In this document: positions 44,599-52,728 of the stretch, in pieces | How the letters are laid out: every line of letters begins with the position of its first letter | Position numbering within the stretch: position 1 is the stretch's first letter | Assembly (NCBI GenBank): GCA_046539325.1 | Contig: JBKHHD010000005.1 | Coordinates: 15,248 to 79,247 of the forward strand | Source of the DNA: Candidatus Aenigmatarchaeota archaeon | GTDB taxonomy: Archaea; Aenigmatarchaeota; Aenigmatarchaeia; PWEA01 | Length of the DNA: 64,000 nucleotides | Direction: 5' to 3' | Position numbers and translations under genes: made by a program | The notes under the pieces: generated by a model | Seen by the model: the letters and a program-made list of their open reading frames with translations, nothing else | Told to the model about the DNA's origin: nothing | The model's database searches: none

Positions 44599-45855
44599 TC
44601 AAAAATTTTTGTCGATATGCCTGGCTATCTCCCTGATCTCCCACTGTGCCGCCTCCTGAGTTCTGTCAGGTAGAAAACCTTTCTTTCTGTTGAATCCATC
44701 AAGGCTGAAGGCTATCCCAAGGCCGAGGCCATGCGGCAGAACTTCCATGGCCCTTTCCTTACTTTCCCTTTCCTTTATCCTCTCGTACAGCTCTAATGCT
44801 TCCTTCAATAGGCTTAGATACTCCTCCTTGAACTTTGAGTCCTCTATGGTGTGCGGTACTATTATTTCACCTCTTTCTGCAGCGTCGTAAACAGACTCCA
44901 CGGACTGCTTAACCGTATCGTTCCTCATGAACTGGTGCCATGCCGAGATGGACATGGTAGTTATAAAGCCCTCTACCTTGTTTGATTGGTTACTCAGGCT
45001 GAGGAAACTGAGGGCTTCGTCGTCGAAGTTTTCCCCTTTCCTCTCAAGTTCCTCTGTTATATCGTAGGAGAACTTTGAGACAGTTTGGTTCGTATCGTAG
45101 TCCTTAAGAATCTCTTTTATCCATCTATTTCTTTCACAGAACATGTTGGCGACAGGATACCCCTTCTCTGCTTCTATCAGTGCGTCCATAATCCCTTTGT
45201 TGAAGAGGTCGGGACTTGTATCTTCCAAGTTTGCTATTGCCTCGTGGAAGATGTCTTTGGTAATTTTAGGCACTACGGATCCTTCGGACTTCAAAACCCT
45301 ATAGATATTCATAAGCCCAGATAGGTTTGTATTTTGATGTATATGTGTCGCTGCCGTTCCCAGTGGTAGGATATATCTCGCGTCCTCTTTCGGAACGGAG
45401 TCACTTTCCAGCATTCTGTTGTAGAGTTCGCTCTGTTTGGCGAACATTTCCTTGACTTCCTTTGAATCACTGAAGCTTATGAACTCCTCCGCTTTCGTGT
45501 ATCTCTGTGACTGCTGTAGATATTTTGGATGGTCAAAGGAACAGAGGAACAGGGTTGTGTGCCGAGGTACCTGGTAGGTTATCCCTAAGTTGGCCTGGTA
45601 AAATGCTGATATATGGCCTCTATCGGCCAGAAACTCTAGAAAATCCTTTTCCTCTTCTTTCAGTTCTTCTTCGTCCATCTCTTCCTTTTTCTTCTTCCAT
45701 ATTTCGAGGGCAGGGCGTCCTTCTGGGTCCCCTGAAATTCTCGTATTGTAGATTACAGCTTCCTTTACCTCCCAGTCCTTGTGCTGTGGGTGAGAAGGAT
45801 ATTCGCTTATATCTACCTCTGGATTTCGTATGGTTACGTCCCCCAAAACATTCAC
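44599..45855 (-). CDS. thyX: FAD-dependent thymidylate synthase, tandem two-domain form
   Basis: GHIS.F, QQSQRY, KEDARYILPLG; second domain HQFMR, RAMEVLPHG, AQWEIREIA. Confidence 0.8.
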   Translation of the reverse strand: MNVLGDVTIRNPEVDISEYPSHPQHKDWEVKEAVIYNTRISGDPEGRPALEIWKKKKEEMDEEELKEEEKDFLEFLADRGHISAFYQANLGITYQVPRHTTLFLCSFDHPKYLQQSQRYTKAEEFISFSDSKEVKEMFAKQSELYNRMLESDSVPKEDARYILPLGTAATHIHQNTNLSGLMNIYRVLKSEGSVVPKITKDIFHEAIANLEDTSPDLFNKGIMDALIEAEKGYPVANMFCERNRWIKEILKDYDTNQTVSKFSYDITEELERKGENFDDEALSFLSLSNQSNKVEGFITTMSISAWHQFMRNDTVKQSVESVYDAAERGEIIVPHTIEDSKFKEEYLSLLKEALELYERIKERESKERAMEVLPHGLGLGIAFSLDGFNRKKGFLPDRTQEAAQWEIREIARHIDKNF

Positions 45856-45861
45856 CCTTTC

Positions 45862-46047
45862 CTATTCTATCTTGATGCTGCGCTTCTTACGGTCTATCTT
45901 TCCGCACTCCTTGCACATAACTTCCACTGTTTCCTTGCTATCCATGCCTCTCAGCTCGCTGCATTCAGAAGGAACTACCATCTGAGCTACTGTGTTAGCG
46001 GAACCGCATCTCCTGCACTTCGCAAGCTCCTTGAGCGTGATTATCAA
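45862..46047 (-). CDS. Small zinc-ribbon protein
   Basis: CRRC...CKEC; GGAGG RBS. Confidence 0.6.
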   Translation of the reverse strand: MIITLKELAKCRRCGSANTVAQMVVPSECSELRGMDSKETVEVMCKECGKIDRKKRSIKIE

Positions 46048-46155
46048 CTTGAAAACCTCCAGTTTCGCGCACCAAACTATTCAACTGGTATCTATTTAAA
46101 TCTTATCCGGAGCTGAATTTTTATACTATGGCCAAAGAATTATATATGAGGTAGA

Positions 46156-46764
46156 ATGACCTGCGTTCCGAGACTAGAGGACTACGAGGAGAAGTTGAGA
46201 GAGGAGTACGGTTCATCCGGCGACAATGTGGTCACGGTTTCCGGTCTCGTCGGTGTGGGGAGCAGTACAGTTGCTGAAATCTTAAAGGAGGAGCTGGATC
46301 TGGAGCTTGTATCATCAGGTCAGTTCTTCCGTAAAAAGGCAAAGGAGAAGGGAATGGAGCTAACGGAGTTCTTCGAAAAGTACAGGAATCCAGACAAAGG
46401 GCCTGATCCCGATCTCATGTGGGACAGGAGAGCTTTGAACCTTGCTTTCACCAAGGACGATATTATACTTGAGGGTAGAATGACAGGACCCTTGCTGTGT
46501 GACATAGCCGATGTTAGAGTCCTAGTCAAATGTTCTAAGGAAGTTGTCGTCGAAAGGTTTGCGGAAAGAGAAGGCTTGGATCAAAGTGATGCGGAGAGGA
46601 GGCTGGAGAAGAGGAACTCACAAGATATTAAAACCTACAGAGAGAAGTATGGTATAGACGTTACCGATGAAAAGTACTACAACGTAGTTGTCGATAACAG
46701 CGGAACCCCTGAAGAGACTAAGGAAGCCGTCCTGCAAAGGACCCGTGAAATACTCGAGGAATAA
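46156..46764 (+). CDS. cmk: Cytidylate kinase (archaeal type)
   Basis: TVSG..G.G.STVA, SGQFFR..A...GM.L.EF, EGR, Y..KYGID. Confidence 0.85.
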   Translation: MTCVPRLEDYEEKLREEYGSSGDNVVTVSGLVGVGSSTVAEILKEELDLELVSSGQFFRKKAKEKGMELTEFFEKYRNPDKGPDPDLMWDRRALNLAFTKDDIILEGRMTGPLLCDIADVRVLVKCSKEVVVERFAEREGLDQSDAERRLEKRNSQDIKTYREKYGIDVTDEKYYNVVVDNSGTPEETKEAVLQRTREILEE

Positions 46765-46767
46765 AAT

Positions 46768-47025
46768 ATGTCAACATCCGACTCCGAGGACGTAACGTTT
46801 TTTGATATGGCAGTGGCTGTATGTCCGGAGTGCGAGACGCCGATAGCTGAATCCGGCTGGTACGGGATCGACATGGAGTCGGACGTTGAATGCTACGATT
46901 GTGGAAACGTCTTTAACATGAAAAAACACGCGGTGGACAGGGCTACACTCAGCGTAGTTCTCTCAAAGAACGGCAAGATAAAGAGACTTGGTGTCGAAGA
47001 GAAAATTGATTTGGAGGATGAGTAG
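46768..47025 (+). CDS. Small zinc-ribbon protein
   Basis: CPEC...CYDC. Confidence 0.65.
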   Translation: MSTSDSEDVTFFDMAVAVCPECETPIAESGWYGIDMESDVECYDCGNVFNMKKHAVDRATLSVVLSKNGKIKRLGVEEKIDLEDE

Positions 47026-47026
47026 C

Positions 47027-47839
47027 ATGCTCGAAAAAATCTGGCTTGAACAGGAAAGGGAGGAACACTTCGCAGCCTGTCTTGTGCTTTCGGCTGTATT
47101 CACGTTTGCATCGATAGTTATAGCCCGTTACTTTGTACCCTTCAAGGTTGCTGGCCAGACATTGACCGGCCTCATAGCCGTTGTTTTGGCTTCTCTTGCC
47201 GCCTCGTATCCTTTGATAAAGTATCTCGAAGAGGAGGAAACCGAGGAAACAGAACAAGAAAAGAAGGGGAAACTCAAGAACGAGTTTGATCTTCTGGAAA
47301 GGCATAGAGAAGAGCTGTACATATATCTTGCATTCTTCCTCGGAGCGACACTGGCCTTCGGTGTAGCCTATTCATTTATGCCTGATGCCTTCGAGACGCA
47401 AAGGGAGGTTATAGGCTCGATAAGACCTGACATGGCAACAGGTAGAGTTATATCTCCAAGCTTCTTCATGGAGATATTCACAAACAACGCCTCGGTCTTC
47501 TTCACCACACTTCTCCTGTCCTTCTTCCTGACAGCCGGGATGGTCTTTATACTTGTATGGAATGCGTCGATACTGGGTGTATTTCTTTCAGAAATAACTC
47601 AGGGCTTGATAGATCTACCTGTAGTCGCTCTTTCATATCTTCCACACGGGATACTCGAGGTAGCTGCGTACATAACAGCAGGCCTCTCAGGATTCTTCCT
47701 GTCGCACGAGGTAAAGGAGGTAGTGGAGTGGGAGGAAAAGTCCTGTGCGATAAAGCTAATGATGGACTCCTTCATACTTCTTGGAATAGGTCTAGGACTA
47801 CTTATCCTAGCCGCAGTCATCGAGTCTGCAGGTGTCTAG
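47027..47839 (+). CDS. SpoIIM-like (DUF95) membrane protein
   Basis: IFTNN, LVWNAS..G, LPHGILE..AY..AG..G. Confidence 0.85.
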   Translation: MLEKIWLEQEREEHFAACLVLSAVFTFASIVIARYFVPFKVAGQTLTGLIAVVLASLAASYPLIKYLEEEETEETEQEKKGKLKNEFDLLERHREELYIYLAFFLGATLAFGVAYSFMPDAFETQREVIGSIRPDMATGRVISPSFFMEIFTNNASVFFTTLLLSFFLTAGMVFILVWNASILGVFLSEITQGLIDLPVVALSYLPHGILEVAAYITAGLSGFFLSHEVKEVVEWEEKSCAIKLMMDSFILLGIGLGLLILAAVIESAGV

Positions 47840-47844
47840 TTTCC

Positions 47845-48429
47845 ATGGAACTCTTCGGCTTTGAGATCAAGTTCTCTCCTGAGGTCTACGTTCCAAGAGA
47901 AGACACCTACCTTATGGTCGAGACTCTCAGAGAGGAGGTCGAGGAAGGAGATAGGGTTCTTGACCTGGGAACTGGTTCAGGAATCCTCTCATTTATAGCT
48001 GCCGAGGTATGTGAAGAGGTTGTCGGGGTTGATGTTAACGAGAATGCCGTGAGGCTGGCAAGGGAGAACGCATCGAGAAATGGATTTGAGAACGTAGAGT
48101 TCCTGGCGAGCGATCTCTTTGAGGAGGTCAAAGGTAAGTTCGACCTCGTAGTCTTCAATGCACCTTATCTACCGGGCGGGGCTGAGGGGGAAGACGTCGA
48201 AGGAAGCGAGCAGTGGCTTGGTGGAGAAACAGGCAGGGAGATAGTTGCTAGATTTGCCGAAGGACTTGAAAACTATCTGAATGAGGACGCCAAGGCCCTT
48301 CTATTAGTTTCTTCACTAACAGATCCAGAGGAGGTAATTCATCTTTTCAAGGAAGAAGGTTTTGAGGTGAAAGTAGCAAAGGAGAAAAAGATCCCATGGG
48401 AGACTTTGTACGTACTCGAAGTGTTCTGA
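47845..48429 (+). CDS. HemK2/N6AMT1-like (release factor Gln) methyltransferase
   Basis: VY.PREDT, LDLGTGSG, FNAPY, GGETGREI; start moved to ATG 47845. Confidence 0.88.
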   Translation: MELFGFEIKFSPEVYVPREDTYLMVETLREEVEEGDRVLDLGTGSGILSFIAAEVCEEVVGVDVNENAVRLARENASRNGFENVEFLASDLFEEVKGKFDLVVFNAPYLPGGAEGEDVEGSEQWLGGETGREIVARFAEGLENYLNEDAKALLLVSSLTDPEEVIHLFKEEGFEVKVAKEKKIPWETLYVLEVF

Positions 48430-48469
48430 AAGTTAAACATTTTTATTTGTATGAAAGTATTTTACTTGT

Positions 48470-48904
48470 ATGCCTTTATCCAGTTTGCTGGACTCCGTGG
48501 CTGAACTCCTGTCATCACTTTTACCCGAACAGTTCCTGGGTTTAGGTGCCGATCTGTATAGCTTTTTACCTATAGTTGTTTTCATCGTTTTCGTCTATCT
48601 CATCTACAGGTCCCTTAAAATAGCTTTTCATGGAATGCTCATATTTGTTGCCGGAGCCCTTTTCCCGATCTTTGCAAACAACTTTTTCGGCACAGCTATA
48701 CCTATAGCAATTGATTCTCTGGTGTCGTATGGACTTCTTGCACTTGTCATTTACTTGGGTTACGTTTTCATAGGTACTATTGCAACTTTTTTGAAGATAG
48801 TCACATGGCCTTTCAGAAAACTTTTCTCAAAGAGCAAGGATGTTGTTACAAGAGACGAGCTCGATAAGGAAGTTGAAGAGATACTTGAAGAGGAAAAAGA
48901 TTAG
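48470..48904 (+). CDS. Membrane protein
   Basis: 3 hydrophobic segments, acidic tail. Confidence 0.7.
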   Translation: MPLSSLLDSVAELLSSLLPEQFLGLGADLYSFLPIVVFIVFVYLIYRSLKIAFHGMLIFVAGALFPIFANNFFGTAIPIAIDSLVSYGLLALVIYLGYVFIGTIATFLKIVTWPFRKLFSKSKDVVTRDELDKEVEEILEEEKD

Positions 48905-49584
48905 CTTGAAGTAATTGTCATGTTCCCGGGTTCTACCTTGCTTGCTTCGCCTGAGATGCTAATTTTCTGAGGCTCAAAGCTTAGATTACCGTAGAAGGCG
49001 TTTATGGACACTTTATCATCGATGCTGCTGCTCACAGAGTTCCCAACATCTATAGTTCCGGATGGATCCTCGATCCTGAGTTCTTGGATCTGTACAGATG
49101 TTACATTAACTTCTTCGTATGTACCCGCTACCGAAGTTTCAAGTTTATCATCCTCTATGCCTACCTCTTTGGAAGAAAGTGATGTACTGTCGCCTATCAA
49201 CTCAACCCGGTTGTTTTGAATTTTCAACGAACCTCTGAAGCCTTCAATACCAAGATCTGATGCCTCATCGTTCGCGACTATATTTTTTCCGTCGGTAGTT
49301 ATGTTGATTTCATCCGGAATATAGCCTATAGTGATCTTCTGTGGAGCTATGTCATTAAATTCGAAACTACTATTATGGTTCAGTGATCCTTCAACATTTA
49401 CATCTCTTCTTACGGTGACGCTTTGTTCCATTGATTCAGAAATAAGATCCCTCAGTTTTCTCAAGACCGTCATGCCTTCTTCTGCTGGAATTTCTCTAGT
49501 TACGTCCCTCCAGACACCGCCGAACAGTAGAAGACCAGCAAAAATTAGAGCAAGAAGCACGGCGGTGTTCATGCCTTTATTCAT
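48901..49584 (-). CDS. Membrane-anchored beta-rich protein with class III-like signal peptide
   Basis: MNKG|MNTAVLLALIF. Confidence 0.6.
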   Translation of the reverse strand: MNKGMNTAVLLALIFAGLLLFGGVWRDVTREIPAEEGMTVLRKLRDLISESMEQSVTVRRDVNVEGSLNHNSSFEFNDIAPQKITIGYIPDEINITTDGKNIVANDEASDLGIEGFRGSLKIQNNRVELIGDSTSLSSKEVGIEDDKLETSVAGTYEEVNVTSVQIQELRIEDPSGTIDVGNSVSSSIDDKVSINAFYGNLSFEPQKISISGEASKVEPGNMTITSS

Positions 49585-49623
49585 ACAACATTTTTTATTC
49601 TTGGATATTTAAATACTCTAACT

Positions 49624-50307
49624 ATGCTCAAGGTAGTACTTGTAAGACCCGAGACGCCTGGTAATGTAGGGGCTGTGGCGAGGTCCATGAAGAACTTTGG
49701 ATTTGAGAATCTAGTTCTCGTGGATCCCTGTGAGATGACGGAAGAGGCCGACAAGAGAGCTAAGCATGCGAAGGATGTCCTCAAGGATGCGGAGGTCTGG
49801 GACAGGATGAACTGGGACAGCTTCGATATAACCGTTTCCACGTCCTCGGAGACAGGCGGCGACTACAACGTCAGAAGGAATGCTGTAAGCCCTGGAGTGT
49901 TGAGGAAAAAGTTAGAAGACACTGAAGGAACAATAGGTCTTGTTTTCGGCCCTGAATCCAAGGGCCTTAGAAACGAAGAGGTTGATGGAACTGACTTCCT
50001 CTGCCATATACCTGCTAGCGACGACTACCCTGTTTTCAACCTATCACATGCTGTAGCCATAATACTTTACGAGCTGAGTGAAAGGAACGAGGATACTTCC
50101 TACGAGCTTGCTTCAAGCAAGGAGAAGGATGTCCTCATGGAGCAGCTTAACGGTATAATAGAAAAGGTAGGGATAGAGGAATACAGGCACGAACCTCTCA
50201 AACAGTCATTGGAAAACGTCTTCGGGAGGGCGATGCTTGCAAGAAGGGAAGCTAATACACTCATAGGTTTTTTCAGAAGGGTCAGGGAAAACATAGCTAG
50301 TGAGTAG
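49624..50307 (+). CDS. trmJ: tRNA (C32/U32-2'-O)-methyltransferase, TrmJ family
   Basis: LVRP..PGNVGAVARSMKNFG, VFGPE.KGL.NEE, YPVFNLSHAV. Confidence 0.92.
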   Translation: MLKVVLVRPETPGNVGAVARSMKNFGFENLVLVDPCEMTEEADKRAKHAKDVLKDAEVWDRMNWDSFDITVSTSSETGGDYNVRRNAVSPGVLRKKLEDTEGTIGLVFGPESKGLRNEEVDGTDFLCHIPASDDYPVFNLSHAVAIILYELSERNEDTSYELASSKEKDVLMEQLNGIIEKVGIEEYRHEPLKQSLENVFGRAMLARREANTLIGFFRRVRENIASE

Positions 50308-50353
50308 TATGAACTTTAAAAAGGATTGAATATAAAATAAGTCCGTGGGTTAT

Positions 50354-51589
50354 ATGTTGGAGTTACTGGCTCAGTTCTTCGGCAACGGAGACTGGTGGAC
50401 AAGAATTCTCTGGTTTGGACTAATCATATCTTTCTTCATGTTTTACCCCAAGCTCATGATCTACCAGCTTGTTCAGAAACTCAAGCAGAAGGTAGAGGAG
50501 TTTGAAAGGCTCTCCGAGGAATCCAGAGAGGAGCTTGTTGAACTTCTTGGGAAGAGAAGTGAGCTTTCGTCGAATAAGCTGAAGGAGAACTTTGATCGGG
50601 TAGTGGATCTCTTTACGGTCCCGCCGGAACAGACAGATCCTTCGGGAGTCATGAAGAAGATAAAACAGATGTATGATATACACGACGAGAGGTATAGACA
50701 GTTTATAGGTGAGATCTCTGAGGTCGAGGGTGGAGAGAAGAAGAGCTTCGCCGCAGCTACCGTTCACGCGACAGCCGTTCAGCAGATAGCCAAGGTTGTG
50801 AGACATATGCTTGAGCTTGTTAAGGAGACGAAGAACCTTCAGATAGGAATGCTATTGAAGATGCAGATGCCCTTCATAGAGAAGCAGATAAAGATGCTTA
50901 GGGAAAGCATTTCATGCTTAGCTGAGGAAGAGCCTGTTGGCGACTCCATAGGCCCTCTATGTGCAGCTTCGCTTATAGATGACGCTGAGGTAGAGGAAAT
51001 TGCGGAAGATCAGGTCTGTGCGGAAAAGGAGATAGAAGGCAGGAACGTATTCATAATAAAACCAGATGGACCTGAAGCAGTTCTAGGAGAGGTCCATGAA
51101 GCTGTGGAGAAGCTTGCAGAGGAGAACGATATAGATAAGATCATACCGATAGACGCCAAGGGAATGATGAAGGGCGAGGAGAGAGGAAGCGTGGTAGAAG
51201 GAGTTGGCTTTGCCATGGGAGACCGTGGAAAGGCTGAGAGACACTGGATAGAGGACATCGCAGTTGAAGAGGATATAAGTATAGAATCAGTCGGCATCAA
51301 CCAAGATCCTATGGAAGACGTTATAAGGCCGATGAAGAAGGAAATCTATGAAGCAGTACCCGAAGTCAAGGAAGCAGTTGAGAGAGCTATAAAGAGGTCA
51401 CCAGAGGGAAGCAATATAATAGTTGTCGGTGTGGGCATTTCCGTCGGCGTAGGAAACGACGGTGAGGCAGTTGAAGAAGCTGAAAAGATTATAGAGAAGA
51501 ATATTGAGAAAATGAAGGAAAAACGGAAGAAGGAAGAGGAAGAAAAGGGTCTTGGTGAAAAGATCTCTGAATGGTTAACCCCTTACTAG
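50354..51589 (+). CDS. DUF1512 family protein
   Basis: DP.GVM.K, PVGDSIGPL, IDA....GEE.G.V.EGVG.AMG, GVG.SVGVG. Confidence 0.85.
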   Translation: MLELLAQFFGNGDWWTRILWFGLIISFFMFYPKLMIYQLVQKLKQKVEEFERLSEESREELVELLGKRSELSSNKLKENFDRVVDLFTVPPEQTDPSGVMKKIKQMYDIHDERYRQFIGEISEVEGGEKKSFAAATVHATAVQQIAKVVRHMLELVKETKNLQIGMLLKMQMPFIEKQIKMLRESISCLAEEEPVGDSIGPLCAASLIDDAEVEEIAEDQVCAEKEIEGRNVFIIKPDGPEAVLGEVHEAVEKLAEENDIDKIIPIDAKGMMKGEERGSVVEGVGFAMGDRGKAERHWIEDIAVEEDISIESVGINQDPMEDVIRPMKKEIYEAVPEVKEAVERAIKRSPEGSNIIVVGVGISVGVGNDGEAVEEAEKIIEKNIEKMKEKRKKEEEEKGLGEKISEWLTPY

Positions 51590-51600
51590 TTGGTGTTTAG

Positions 51601-52083
51601 ATGAGCTATGAGAGACCGTCTTGGGACGAATACTTTCTGAAGGTTTCAGATGTCGTTGCCGAAAGAGCTACATGTGATCGTGGAAGAAGCGGCTGCGTGA
51701 TAGCAAAGGACAAAAGAATTCTGACGACAGGTTACGTTGGCGCTCCAGCGGGCTTGCCTCATTGCGACGAAGTGGGGCATGAGATGAAGGAGGTCACGCA
51801 CGAAGATGGTTCCAACAGCAAACATTGTGTAAGGACGACACATGCAGAGCAGAATGCTATAGTTCAGGCAGCACGTCTTGGCGTTTCAGTCGAGGGGGCA
51901 ACACTTTACTGCAAGATGACTCCTTGCTACACCTGCGCCAAGATGATAATTAATGCTGGCATCGAGAGAGTCGTATGTAGAAAGGACTACCACTCTGCCG
52001 ACGCTACTAAACGAATATTCCAGAAGGCAGGCGTCGCGCTGGAGATCCTAAACAATGAAGTCGAGGACTACGAGAACCAGTGA
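51601..52083 (+). CDS. dCMP deaminase
   Basis: RPSWDEYF, RATC.R, TGY.GAP, HAEQNAI, PCYTC. Confidence 0.92.
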   Translation: MSYERPSWDEYFLKVSDVVAERATCDRGRSGCVIAKDKRILTTGYVGAPAGLPHCDEVGHEMKEVTHEDGSNSKHCVRTTHAEQNAIVQAARLGVSVEGATLYCKMTPCYTCAKMIINAGIERVVCRKDYHSADATKRIFQKAGVALEILNNEVEDYENQ

Positions 52084-52137
52084 AGCAAAAAATATTTAAA
52101 TGTAGTCAGTAAATTTCTCAGGGTAATAGGTGAGATT

Positions 52138-52674
52138 ATGGGACTGAGACCAGGAAGATGTTATCGTGATAAGGACGGAAAGCCTTATACAAGGGTCAGT
52201 GAAAGGAGACCCAGGAAGAGCTACATCAAAGGAGTCCCAGCTATAAAGACCCGTGATTTCGAAAACGGCGACCTGAAGAATAAGGACGATTACGAAGTAG
52301 AACTGAAGCTTGCTGTTGATGAGGATGTTCAGATTAGGCACAATGCAATCGAGGCAGCAAGGTTGAACGCGAATAAATACCTCAGTGATAACCTAGGTGA
52401 AAAGAACTATTTCCTCAAGCTTCTTGTTTACCCGCACCACGTTCTCAGAGAGAACCCTCTTGCTACTGGTGCAGGTGCCGACAGGTTTCAGGAAGGCATG
52501 ACACAGGCGTTTGGAAATCCCATTGGAAAGGCTGCCCGTATGGACAAGGATCAGAACTTCATGTTGGTTAAGGTTCCTCAAGGCGAGTCAGAAGTTGCTA
52601 AGGAAGCTCTTAGAAGGGCAAAGCACAAACTACCTTCTTCCTGCAGTATCAAAGGAATAGAGAAGTACCAGTAA
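52138..52674 (+). CDS. rpl10e: 50S ribosomal protein uL16 (L10e)
   Basis: RPGRCYR, QIRHNAIEAAR, YPHHVLREN, GAGADR...GM..AFG.PIG. Confidence 0.96.
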   Translation: MGLRPGRCYRDKDGKPYTRVSERRPRKSYIKGVPAIKTRDFENGDLKNKDDYEVELKLAVDEDVQIRHNAIEAARLNANKYLSDNLGEKNYFLKLLVYPHHVLRENPLATGAGADRFQEGMTQAFGNPIGKAARMDKDQNFMLVKVPQGESEVAKEALRRAKHKLPSSCSIKGIEKYQ

Positions 52675-52728
52675 GTTAGACCTTTACTGTCCTAACATAT
52701 TTAATTAAGAGTTCAAAGTATTGATAAC

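Noticed and set aside
46183-46275. Cmk P-loop lacking Lys (GLVGVGSST)
   Set aside because: Archaeal cytidylate kinases often have Thr/Ser here; not evidence of inactivation
47557-47844. N-terminal extension of the HemK-like ORF overlapping the SpoIIM-like gene
   Set aside because: Homology starts at ATG 47845; the extension is an ORF-caller artefact
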